Shown: positions 11,695 through 22,499 of the stretch, piece by piece
How positions within the stretch are numbered: the first letter of the stretch is position 1
Layout: the number at the start of each line of letters is the position of its first letter
From: Macrostomum lignano
Taxonomy: Eukaryota
Direction of reading: 5' to 3'
Assembly: GCA_002269645.1 (NCBI GenBank)
Contig: NIVC01001247.1
Coordinates: forward strand, 282,928 to 346,927
DNA length: 64,000 bases
Notes under the pieces: model-generated
The model's database searches: none
What the model saw: only the letters and a program-made list of their open reading frames with translations
Told to the model about the DNA's origin: nothing
Program-made: the position numbers and the translations under genes

Positions 11695-13038
11695 ACTACT
11701 AAGCAACGGTAGATCCGCCCTTTTTGGAGGTGGGGTGGGTGTCAACCCTCCTCGCCTCTCATTGGCTGGCGCGCGCGCCGCAGGCGCGTGGCGCCAAGCG
11801 CCAATCAGGCGCCCATGCCGCAGGCGCACCCTCCCGATATGTACCGATATGTATCCCGCAGGCGCCCATGCCGCAGGCGCACCCTCCTCATATGTACCCC
11901 GATATGTATGCCCTCCCTCCCGGTATGTATGCCGCAGGCGCACCCTCCCTCCAGAGCAGCAGGCGCCCATGCTGCAGGCGCCCCATGCCGCAAGCACCCC
12001 GAGTGTACACTCTCCCATGCCGCTGGCGCCCCGAGTGTACACTCTCCCGAGCCGCAGGCACCCCGAGTGTTCACTCTCCCCAGTACGGGTGTACACTCTA
12101 CCACTCTCCCGATATGTATGCATACACAGATATCTAGTCAGCGATATTAGGCTAGTGAAAACTACTTATAGTAGATGAAATTGCGTATATTTACATAAAA
12201 AGTAGATAAAACATATTGGTAGGTGTGAATAATGACGCATAATGCATATTAAAATGTACATATTGGAGCATAATAGGAATATGAGCAGCAAAATACACAC
12301 AATGTAGGCGCATCAATATATTGACAGAAATAGACAAAGCAGGTACTGTAGGCGCTACATAGGTGGAAATACACACAGTATATTGCACACACTCTAGATT
12401 CCAATTATGTAGGTGCATACATACACACACTGTAGGTGCAAATTGAGTATAATACAGGAAAATTACATAGCATATAATGTAGGCGCATTTTAAACAATAC
12501 ATTTTTGCATAATAACCCGCAGGTACAAATTTCAGTGCATAGGCTAAAATACACACACTGCAAATTGAGTATAATGCAGGAAAATTGTGACATATACAAC
12601 ATATGTATGCAAATTAAGCATATAATGTAGGTGTAAAATACAAGCAACCGGCTCCCTAGTAAACAGACACGCCCCCAGAGCCAGGGCCGAGGGATCCCAA
12701 GTACAGTGCGGTCAGAGAGAAATTCCATTCCTCCCCAAGCCCTAAATAAGGTTTTTTCAAGGGGATCCCAAGTACAGTGCATGCAGAGACTGCATACAAA
12801 TAGGGTTATATTCAAGAGGGATCCCAAGTACAGTGCGCTCCCAGGTGTCAAATGATGCCCCAATGTACAGTGGAGGTAGAGTAACAGACCGCATACAAAG
12901 AGAATTCCAGTCAAACTTTACAGCACCTCCCACCCCAAATGAGGGTTTTAGTGGATCCCCAGAGGGTAGCTCTCCAAGTTGAGGGATCCCCCCGTGTGTT
13001 GCGAGGCCCAAGTACAGTGCAGGCAGAGAGTAATAGAG
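11695..13038. repeat. Left terminal inverted repeat (~1344 bp)
   Basis: Reverse complement of 19165-20509 with only a few differences seen (e.g. ~11887-11889 CTC vs CCG, 1-bp indel near 12993); ORF track mirrors. Confidence 0.95.
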
Positions 13039-13202
13039 ACCGCCCCGAGGGAATAGGTGTCAAATGGGAGTTTTAACACTTGAAGGGATCCCGTCCAATG
13101 TACGGGGAGGTGTCAAATGATCCCCGCCAGAATGCACAGTTGGGGTTAGTTTAGGGGAATCCCAGGCAGAGAGGCGTAAAAAGACAGATCCTTATCTTTC
13201 AC

Positions 13203-16200
13203 TCACTCACGAAAGCCATACGGGCGGCTAGCGGCCCCATACACCCTCTTAGTCATTACACGTTGGAATGTCTTGTCCATCTCGAGGGTCCGGATTGTAC
13301 AGCTAGCCTTATCGCGCCTGAACTGGGCCTGGGGCAGCCGTACAGTCCCGCCGTGGCGCAGAATTTCCTGCAGCTCGTCCTCGCGCTCGGAAATCTCGGG
13401 GGTGACTCTGATGCCCTTGCACTTGAGCACCGAGTACAGCGACCCGTCGGGCTTCTCCACCACGTACCGGTAGAGCTTGGGGCCTCCCGTGGTGAACTGT
13501 ACCATGCGGCAGCCAGCAGGTACCTCGTCAGTCCACTGCCCCAAACTCGAACCGCCCGGAGGCTCGTACTCGCCCGGGGAGCAGCGGTATACGACCCTGG
13601 GAGGAGGAGAAGGATAAAAAAGTGTTAAGGGGAGAAAGAGAGACAGAGACAGTGAAAAAATTACTTACGAATCGGTATCGGCGTAAATGACGCGGGTTCC
13701 TAGACCCTCCAGAGACTCGTAGAGTCGCAGCCGGGCGTGGGAGGTGGTGAAAACGCCAATAGGTACATTGGCGTACTTGAACGCCCGCTCGCCAGCACCG
13801 CCAAATCGGGGCTTGTACTCGAGCATCATGAAGCTCTCCCCAATTGGCTCGCACGACTTGACCTTGATCGAGGGGTCTGTCAGGCGCTGCAGCCACGCCT
13901 CGTAGCTGTCCACAATCTCTGTGGAGGTCAGGTCGTCGCGCTGGCAGAACTTGCCCCAGAGCCTGCAGGGAAAAATAAATTTTTGTATATCTGGCTACTG
14001 TAAGTAGAAAAACACGGCCCCCACTGCAAGTAGAAAAACTTACGAGTTTAGAAAAATCTTGGCAACAAAGCGCAGGCCAGGATTTTCTTCCACCTTTTCC
14101 AGCCGGACGCCTTCGCGCTCGAAAAAGCTGGCCATGTAGGCAGCCTTGGCGTCCTCAGCCATCCCCGGCGAACCGCTAGACTCGGCTTTGAGCTTCAAAA
14201 AAGTGTTTACATAATCTGCAAACAGGCCCGTGCGAGTCTCGGTCCAATAGGCCAGGGCATGAACTGACTGCAGCTTGTAACCCAACTGCAGGGCCTTGTG
14301 GAGCTCTGGGGTCGACCACGTGCCGCGGAGCATTCTCTCAGCGTCAGTGTGTGTACACTCGCTGCTGCACTGGGTCTCCATGCAGACGCGGCAGAGGCCG
14401 AAAACCAGCTTCTTGTTAATCTTGGCAGGCAGTAGCGGGATGTGGAGATTGGTTGGCGGCAGAATCGACACCTCGGCGATGCCAAAATACCGGGCCAGCT
14501 GCTGCTCATCCAGTAGATGAGGCTCGGGGTGGTGTACCGGGTGCCCGACAGGGTACTTGTCAAACTTGTTGACAGTCGGGTAGAGCGACACCTAGGGGAT
14601 AAGGATAATAGAGAATTAGAGGATAAGATAAACTCAAACGCATGTCAACTGTGTGTACAAGTGTACAAACTTACCACATCCCGATAGCGCAGCTCTACAG
14701 TCTCGGTGGCCTCGGCGTGCGGGACAAAAGCCTCGGTACGGCCGCCAAACAGGGCATCCTCCAGGCGGATAGGCTGCTGGACTGGCGCTCCCTCGTCCTG
14801 ATAGTCGTGCTCCCACAGAACACGCACATTGTATGCAGTGGAGAGCAACCGGGTGAAGCGCTCAGTCTCCTCATAAATCGCCCGCATTGGCTGGTTCTTG
14901 AGCGGGTGCAGCACGTCGCCGTTGGGGAAGCACTTGGGACAGCCATGGAAGAAGCAGCCATGAAACTGCAGCACTGTCCTGGTCTCTGGGTCGAAGCCGT
15001 CGACCTTACGACCCATGGCGAAAGCCTCGCCGCCCGAGTCCGCTGTCCGCAACCGGCCGCCAAACTCGGTTGCATTCAAATGCGCAAGCCAGCACCGCGC
15101 CTTGTGCGACTGTACATCGGACCGGCGGGAAATCACCCCAAGAGTGTTGGGCTCCATAAACTTGGTGGTGAAAACAGCCATAGCCAAGCCCGCAATGGTG
15201 TTGGATTGAACAAATGCGTCCAGTCCGCAAATGTCCTTAATCAGGCGGGTGTACTTTAGACAGCCTTCCCGCAAAATTAACGTGTCCTGCAGGCAGTAGT
15301 CCAGGTACTCCTTATTGAAATTAAACACCTGTCCCTCCTGCTTGGCCAGCCAGTCTGCGATGGAGTCGTGCTGCTTGTTTTTCTTTCCTCCATACATATC
15401 AATTGAGCAGTAGGGTCCCACGTACCCCCAATTTTGTGGCTGATTGAACACGTGCGGGAAATCTCCTTTGGTCAGTTGGGTGCCCAAACCAAGCGCCTTT
15501 GGGAATTGCGCCAGACCAATAGGGATGAAGTTGAGGCTGTCCTTGAATGTTATCTTGTCGCACTTCATATACATTAGGCGGCTGTTCTGGAAGATCACTT
15601 GCGGCTTCTTCTTGGCCAGTCCGTTGAGTAGGGCGCCGAGCAGGAGGAATGCGTCATACGCAGAGCCATTGTGCGCAATAGCAATTGCCCCCTGCTTGAA
15701 CACACTAGTCAGCCAGCAGTAAAAGGCATCGATAGAGTGCGGCCCGACAGATACAAACTCTCGCATCCCACAGGCACAGTCATTGTGCGAGACACAGCTC
15801 GTGAAATCGAGCGCCAAATCGCGTCCCGCAATGCAATTGGCTGAGCTGTGTAGTCCCCCGCACACGCTGCAGCGGGACCTGGGGAAGAGTTTGGGACACG
15901 CCTCGCAGGAGGTGGCAGCCGTAACCAAGTGTACCCGGTGCTGCTTGCCAGAGTCCACGTACGTCTCGAAATCATAGTAAACATACGGGGCGCTAGACTC
16001 TTTGGCTTTGGGCGGGGTGACAAAGCACTCGTGGGTGGCAGTTTCGTCGTACTGCTTGCAGACTGGACACTTGGCGTAACCACACTGATGCTCAGGGGGC
16101 TGGCCTACTTTTAGTTCTTCTAGATAGCCACACGTGCCGCAAACGTGGACCGAATCACAGCGCGATCTGCCCGCCTTATTCTTGCGCTTGTGATTTTCTA

Positions 16201-18223
16201 GGCACTGAGCATTATAGCAATTTAGCCCGCAATCATGGCATCTTACATATGCGCGGTCTGCCTTGCAGTTGGAGCCCGGAGTCTTGCATGTACTGCAGGC
16301 GTCAGCGCACTTGTGCTCGGCGTTGGCGCAGTCGTAGGCCATCTCGCACTTGGCGCAGTAGTGATCAGAGCCGAAAAACGCAGGCAGCTTGGTGACCACA
16401 TTAAAGTGCTGCTCGACCAGGTGCAGGTGCAGAATCTCGGTGCCAGGCAGGTTGAAGATGCACCTGTTGGCCTCCTCTGCCCTGTACACTCGTACACCAA
16501 AATCGTGGCCTGGATGCAGCCGGTTCAGGGCACGGATCGCTTCGGGCAGTGCATCCAACCCGAAAGGACCGGCCTGCGAGACGGTTTGAAGAGTCTGTGT
16601 GGAGGGGTAAAATATTTCTTTTAGTATTCCCTGATACTGTGTAAAATTCTTTTAGTATTCCTTATCTTAAAAATTCTTATCAGAGTATGGTTCTTTTAGT
16701 ATTCCAGGACTGTGTAAAATTCTTGTCAGGAAAAATACTAGAAACTTACCGAGTAGAGGCCCGCTTCGATTTGCAGCTCAGCCACCAGATTAGTCTGCTT
16801 GGGCGAATTGGCCTTGATCGTGCGCCACACCTTCTCGGTGATGGACTTGGCCACGAATTGCAGGTAGGCGCAGGCCACGACCAGAGCGCGCAGCAGGCAT
16901 CTCTTGTCCGAGTTGGTGATGCGGACATAGTGCTTGGAGAAGGCGTGGCGCTCCTCTAGATGTTTGTTCTCGAGGGCGCAGCCACCTCGGGGCACCCAGG
17001 CTTTTAGCAGACGGATGGAAAAGTTGCCTGACAATACAGTGGCATCCGACTGCACAATCTTGTCAATGTGCTTAAACAACAATTCAGCCGTCATGCGGGC
17101 TGCACGCACCGGGGGAGTATGGGCTGCTTTGAGCATATTATCACTCTCGAATTTTGCAGCCATGAAATCCTCGGCGGCCAAATCTTGCTTAAAGACATCG
17201 AGCATGTCGGCAAACACCTCCCGCAAATCTTCGGTGTTGGTAATACGCACCACATACTCGACACCCTTTGCCCTAAACTTGGGCAGGTCACGCTGATTAT
17301 CCAGCCGGGCCGTAAAACCTGCATGGGGGAATGGGGGAGTGTGAGTCAGCCCGGGTCTGTCTGGGGAATGGGGGCTGGATAACTCACCCGGTCCGGTAAC
17401 AGATTCCGGCTGTGTTGGCGGGACAAACGCGTCTGAAAAAACACAAGGAGATAAAAAAACCAGAAGAATCTGTCATTTTCCTGGCCCCAGCATGTTCCTA
17501 TCAGTTCTCTGTCGCAGCAGTCCCAGTCTTTGTTGTTTACTCTGTAGCACCCCTCCCCTGCAACTCTCTGTTTTTTGCAGCAATTTCTTATCTGTACCCT
17601 GCATGCTGCGGCCTGTCTAGACAGCCCCTGCCAATTTCTTATCAGTCTGTCCCCGCGCTACACAGTCCCAGCAACTCTCTGCCCCCACCCGGCTGAAACT
17701 TGTCTAGCCCTCCCCCAACGATTATCTGTTACAGACCGCGCCAATTTCTTATCAGTACTCTGCCGCAGCACCCTAGCAACTGTCTGTTTTTGCAACAATT
17801 TCTTATCAGCTGCCGCACACCCCTCCCTGTCTGGACAACCCCCTACCCGAGGCCCCAGTCTTTGTTTACTCTGCTGTCCCACAGACCCTGCAGCTGCTGC
17901 TGCTGCTGCTAACCCGGCTGAAACTTGTCTAGCCCTCCCCTGCAACTCTCTGTTACAGACCCTGCCAATTTCTTATCTGCACCCCACCCTAGCAACTCCT
18001 GTCTAGACCCCTGCAGCTGTCGCAGCAGTCCCAGTCTTTGTTGTTTACTCTGCGGTCCCACAGACCCTGCAGCTGTCTCAGCAGCTCACCCCGTGCCGCA
18101 GTACCACCCCACCCTAGCAACTACAGTCTAGCCTAGACGGTCAGAAATTAATTAAAACTTACCATAAAGACGTTGCCTCTTGTCAGCCAGGAAAGCAGTT
18201 GCTGCGGCGCTGCGTTTAGCCAT
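13203..18223 (-). CDS. Protein-primed family B DNA polymerase (pPolB), 7 exons, ~1276 aa (1269 with alternative acceptor)
   Basis: Exons 18223-18163, 17432-17388, 17318-16750, 16594(or 16573)-14675, 14591-14044, 13962-13669, 13596-13203; all GT-AG and phase-consistent. ExoI YYDFET, ExoII IAHNGSAYD, ExoIII YCLQD, motif A YRDV|VSLYP, motif B KIFLNS|LWGKF, motif C YADTDS|VVY, KCKGI; N-terminal RITNSDKRCLLRALVVA typical of Polinton PolB. Confidence 0.93.
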
Positions 18224-18465
18224 TTTGCAAACAGAGAGCGTGAGAGAGCGGAGAGAGAAGGATTATCTCTCTACCCTGGCTCTGGGGGTCTGTATATATA
18301 CTAAAAAATCTGCTCAGCTCGCCTGCTATTGGTCAAATCGCCAAAAACCAACCAAAATCATCAAAAATCACCCCCAAAATCACCACCCACCCCACCCTCC
18401 ATCCGGGGGTATATAAGGCGCTGCACGGCTGTCAGAGAGCTCTCTGCTGCTGCTGCTGCTAAATC
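18224..18465. promoter_or_regulatory. Putative bidirectional promoter between polB and PC4-like gene
   Basis: 242-bp head-to-head spacer with TATA-like elements (GTATATATAC ~18291-18300; GGTATATAAGG ~18408-18418) and ATTGG/CCAA(T)-like motifs between them. Confidence 0.55.
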
Positions 18466-18963
18466 ATGTCTTCTATCTCTCTATACGAAAACTTTGTGGC
18501 GCGGAAGCCCACATTTGAAACTGAGCACAACTTGATTGAAATTCGGCGTCTCTACACCAACGAGGCTGGAGTGTGGAAGGACGGCTTCCCTGCAATCTAC
18601 TTGGCCGAGCCAGAGTGGAAGAAGCTCGAAGCTGCGCGCCCTGACCTGGAGGCTGCTGCCCGCCTTCACGTGAACAAGCGGGTCCTGTTGGGCAATTTCA
18701 AGGCAGTTGAAGCTTCGCGAGGGAGGATCCGTTTGCTGCGCAATTGGCTCAATCAGGACCCAAAGTTTAATTGGCGCTACACGATCGAATTCACGCCTGA
18801 ACTGTGGCGCAGGATGTTTGCCGCCCGTTTGGACAAGCTCTTCAAGCCGGCACCTGAGGCACCCCCTCCAGCCAAGCGAGTCAAGACAGAGGACAATCTG
18901 CAGGACTGCCTTGACAGCATCAAACCCTACCCTTGGGGAAATCTGTTTGACGAGGGTTGCTAA
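18466..18963 (+). CDS. PC4-like putative single-stranded DNA-binding protein, 165 aa, probably two PC4-like repeats
   Basis: LIEIRRLYTNEAGVWKDGFPAIYLAEPEWKKL resembles PC4 consensus (IDIR.YY...G...P.KKGISL...QW..L); second degenerate copy RIRLLRNWLNQDPKFNWRYTIEFTPELWRRM. Confidence 0.65.
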   Translation: MSSISLYENFVARKPTFETEHNLIEIRRLYTNEAGVWKDGFPAIYLAEPEWKKLEAARPDLEAAARLHVNKRVLLGNFKAVEASRGRIRLLRNWLNQDPKFNWRYTIEFTPELWRRMFAARLDKLFKPAPEAPPPAKRVKTEDNLQDCLDSIKPYPWGNLFDEGC

Positions 18964-19164
18964 TTGAGGCGTGCCGCATCCGTACAGCGCGAACCCGATT
19001 TTTGGTAAGCTTAATTTCATATAAATCGTATATAAATTACATATAATCTGTCTACATTGAATATTTTTTACTTTGACAGATGTTTCGAGAGCGCTGATGA
19101 GGAGGAGACTGCCCTGGCTGAAGATCGCGCTCGAGTTTGACTGATAAGGGAATTTCTCTTTGTA

Positions 19165-20509
19165 CTCTGTTACTCTCTGCCTGCACTGTACTTGGGCCTC
19201 GCAACACACTGGGGGGATCCCTCAACTTGGAGAGCTACCCTCTGGGGATCCACTAAAACCCTCATTTGGGGTGGGAGGTGCTGTAAAGTTTGACTGGAAT
19301 TCTCTTTGTATGCGGTCTGTTACTCTACCTCCACTGTACATTGGGGCATCATTTGACACCTGGGAGCGCACTGTACTTGGGATCCCTCTTGAATATAACC
19401 CTATTTGTATGCAGTCTCTGCATGCACTGTACTTGGGATCCCCTTGAAAAAACCTTATTTAGGGCTTGGGGAGGAATGGAATTTCTCTCTGACCGCACTG
19501 TACTTGGGATCCCTCGGCCCTGGCTCTGGGGGCGTGTCTGTTTACTAGGGAGCCGGTTGCTTGTATTTTACACCTACATTATATGCTTAATTTGCATACA
19601 TATGTTGTATATGTCACAATTTTCCTGCATTATACTCAATTTGCAGTGTGTGTATTTTAGCCTATGCACTGAAATTTGTACCTGCGGGTTATTATGCAAA
19701 AATGTATTGTTTAAAATGCGCCTACATTATATGCTATGTAATTTTCCTGTATTATACTCAATTTGCACCTACAGTGTGTGTATGTATGCACCTACATAAT
19801 TGGAATCTAGAGTGTGTGCAATATACTGTGTGTATTTCCACCTATGTAGCGCCTACAGTACCTGCTTTGTCTATTTCTGTCAATATATTGATGCGCCTAC
19901 ATTGTGTGTATTTTGCTGCTCATATTCCTATTATGCTCCAATATGTACATTTTAATATGCATTATGCGTCATTATTCACACCTACCAATATGTTTTATCT
20001 ACTTTTTATGTAAATATACGCAATTTCATCTACTATAAGTAGTTTTCACTAGCCTAATATCGCTGACTAGATATCTGTGTATGCATACATATCGGGAGAG
20101 TGGTAGAGTGTACACCCGTACTGGGGAGAGTGAACACTCGGGGTGCCTGCGGCTCGGGAGAGTGTACACTCGGGGCGCCAGCGGCATGGGAGAGTGTACA
20201 CTCGGGGTGCTTGCGGCATGGGGCGCCTGCAGCATGGGCGCCTGCTGCTCTGGAGGGAGGGTGCGCCTGCGGCATACATACCGGGAGGGAGGGCATACAT
20301 ATCGGGGTACATATCGGGAGGGTGCGCCTGCGGCATGGGCGCCTGCGGGATACATATCGGTACATATCGGGAGGGTGCGCCTGCGGCATGGGCGCCTGAT
20401 TGGCGCTTGGCGCCACGCGCCTGCGGCGCGCGCGCCAGCCAATGAGAGGCGAGGAGGGTTGACACCCACCCCACCTCCAAAAAGGGCGGATCTACCGTTG
20501 CTTAGTAGT
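19165..20509. repeat. Right terminal inverted repeat (~1345 bp)
   Basis: Reverse complement of 11695-13038. Confidence 0.95.
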
Positions 20510-21740
20510 GCTGTCTCTACTCATGGGGGTGCTGTCTTTATGGTAAGTTGTCTCTACTCATGGGGGTGCTGTCTTTGATCGGGTCGCTGTTTTGAATTGG
20601 GGTGCTGTCTTTGATCGGGTCGCTGTTTTGAATTGGGGTGCTTGCTGTCTTTGATCGGGTCGCTGTTTTGAATTGGGGTGCTGTCTTTGATCGGGTCGCT
20701 GTTTTAAATTGGGGTGCTTGCTGTCTTTGATCGGGTCGCTGTTTTGAATTGGGGTGCTGTCTTTGATCGGGTCGCTGTTTTGAATTGGGGTGCTGTCTTT
20801 GATCGGGTCGCTGTTTTGAATTGGGGTGCTGTCTTTGATCGGGTCGCTGTTTTGAATTGGGGTGTTGTCTTTGATAGGGTCGCTGTCTTAAATTGGGGTG
20901 TTGGCTTGATAGGGTCGCTGTCTTAAATTAGGGTGTTGGCTTGATAGGGTCCATGTCTTAAATTGGGGTGTTGGCTTGATAGGGTCGCTGTCTTAAATTG
21001 GGGTGTTGGCTTGATAGGGTCGCTGTCTTAAATTGGGGTGTTGTCTTTGATCGGGTCGCTGTTTTGAATTGGGGTGCTGTCTTTGATCGGGTCGCTGTTT
21101 TGAATTGGGGTGCTGTCTTTGATCGGGTCGCTGTTTTGAATTGGGGTGCTGTCTTTGATAGGGTCGCTGTCTTAAATTGGGGTGTTGGCTTGATAGGGTC
21201 GCTGTCTTATATTAGGGTGTTGTCTTTGATAGGGTCACTGTCTTAACTTGGGGTGTTGGCTTGATAGGGTCGCTGTCTTAAATTGGGGTGTTGGCTTGAT
21301 AGGGTCGCTGTCTTATATTAGGGTGTTGTCTTTGATAGGGTCACTGTCTTAACTTGGGGTGTTGGCTTGATAGGGTCGCTGTCTTAAATTGGGGTGTTGG
21401 CTTGATAGGGTCGCTGTCTTATATTAGGGTGTCGTCTTTGATAGGGTCACTGTCTTAACTTGGGGTGTTGGCTTGATAGGGTCGCTGTCTTAAATTGGGG
21501 TGTTGGCTTGATAGGGTCGCTGTCTTAAATTGGGGTGTTGGCTTGATAGGGTCGCTGTCTTAAATTGGGGTGTTGGCTTGATAGGGTCGCTGTCTTAAAT
21601 TGGGGTGTTGGCTTGATAGGGTCGCTGTCTTAAATTGGGGTGTTGGCTTGATAGGGTCGCTGTCTTAAATTGGGGTGTTGTCTTTGATAGGGTCGCTGTC
21701 TTAAATTGGGGTGTTGGCTTGATAGGGTCGCTGTCTTGGG
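20510..21740. repeat. 36-37-bp G/T-rich minisatellite, split by the Polinton-like insertion (two units also at ~11625-11694)
   Basis: 37-bp GCTGTCTCTACTCATGGGGGTGCTGTCTTTATGGTAA units grade into 36-bp GGGGTGCTGTCTTTGATCGGGTCGCTGTTTTGAATT and GGGGTGTTGGCTTGATAGGGTCGCTGTCTTAAATT variants. Confidence 0.95.
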
Positions 21741-22499
21741 ATGCTGTTTTGATCGCTTTAGCATTGCGTGTACACATATTTTATCAGGCGGATATGCCAG
21801 CTGTTCATGATTGTAGCAGTTAACTATTGAGTCATTGCCCGCAGTACTATGAGAAAAAAGAACTACGAGTTTAAATGTACTGAAAGCACGGAAGGTGCAT
21901 GCGTAGTATATAGGCATCCTGCAGTTGGCTAAGGATGTCATCGATTTCATCGGGAGTCCTAAATTTCTAAGCTTGTAAGTGTATGAATTTTCCTCAAAAG
22001 CCCCCAAGCGCGTGAGGTTACGGGGTAGAGAGAATTCGTATCGATTTTTTGAGTCCTACTTAAAGCGAGAAGCAGGAGGCTTTTGCAGGTTTAAAAAATT
22101 GTAAGCAGTTGGATTTCAGAGGCGAAGTTAGAGAGCGCATTAAGATTTTGGATGCTGGATATAGGCTCTTAGTGAGCAATTAGTGAGGCTGAAACACGAC
22201 ATGAGCCTAGAGTTGTGACTCAAGCGAGGCTCAAATTCCATCTGCAATTGTAATAGGCTTAACAACAACAAAACTGTATACGAGCTAGTAGACTACGTAT
22301 TGACTGTACTGTAATTAAAATTAATAAAGGAGCAATTAAACAGCAGGCATGAGGCATCTCAATTAGAATATTACATGTACCTACATGAATTTTTTTAAAA
22401 CAAATTCACTATATGGCGTCTTAATAGACATGAATCAATAGCTATGACAGGTATAGATAATAAGAGATATGTAGACAGGTAGACAGAACACAAATTGAC

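Larger units (their letters stand above)
11695..20509. mobile_element. Polinton/Maverick-like element, 8815 bp, two genes only
   Basis: ACTACTAAGC...GCTTAGTAGT termini; GCTGTC duplicated on both sides (11689-11694, 20510-20515); ~1.34-kb TIRs; protein-primed PolB gene. Confidence 0.92.

Noticed and set aside
11579-13011. Many overlapping ORFs of 80-200 aa in the left TIR and their mirror images at 19160-20578
   Set aside because: They arise from GC-rich internal repeats and low-complexity AT-rich sequence, use mostly non-ATG starts, and show no recognisable domain.
11694-20510. Reading the element as a CACTA transposon because the ends can be read CACTA...TAGTG
   Set aside because: No 2-3-bp TSD in that register, no CMC transposase inside, and kb-long TIRs plus pPolB fit a Polinton-type element.
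20510-21740. Telomere-like array (TTGGGG words, G-rich strand)
   Set aside because: Unit is 36-37 bp and internal; not a simple telomeric repeat.
21630-22260. Possible degenerate transposase/polymerase fragment on the minus strand
   Set aside because: Multiple stops, no diagnostic motif; ORF extends only by running into the minisatellite.
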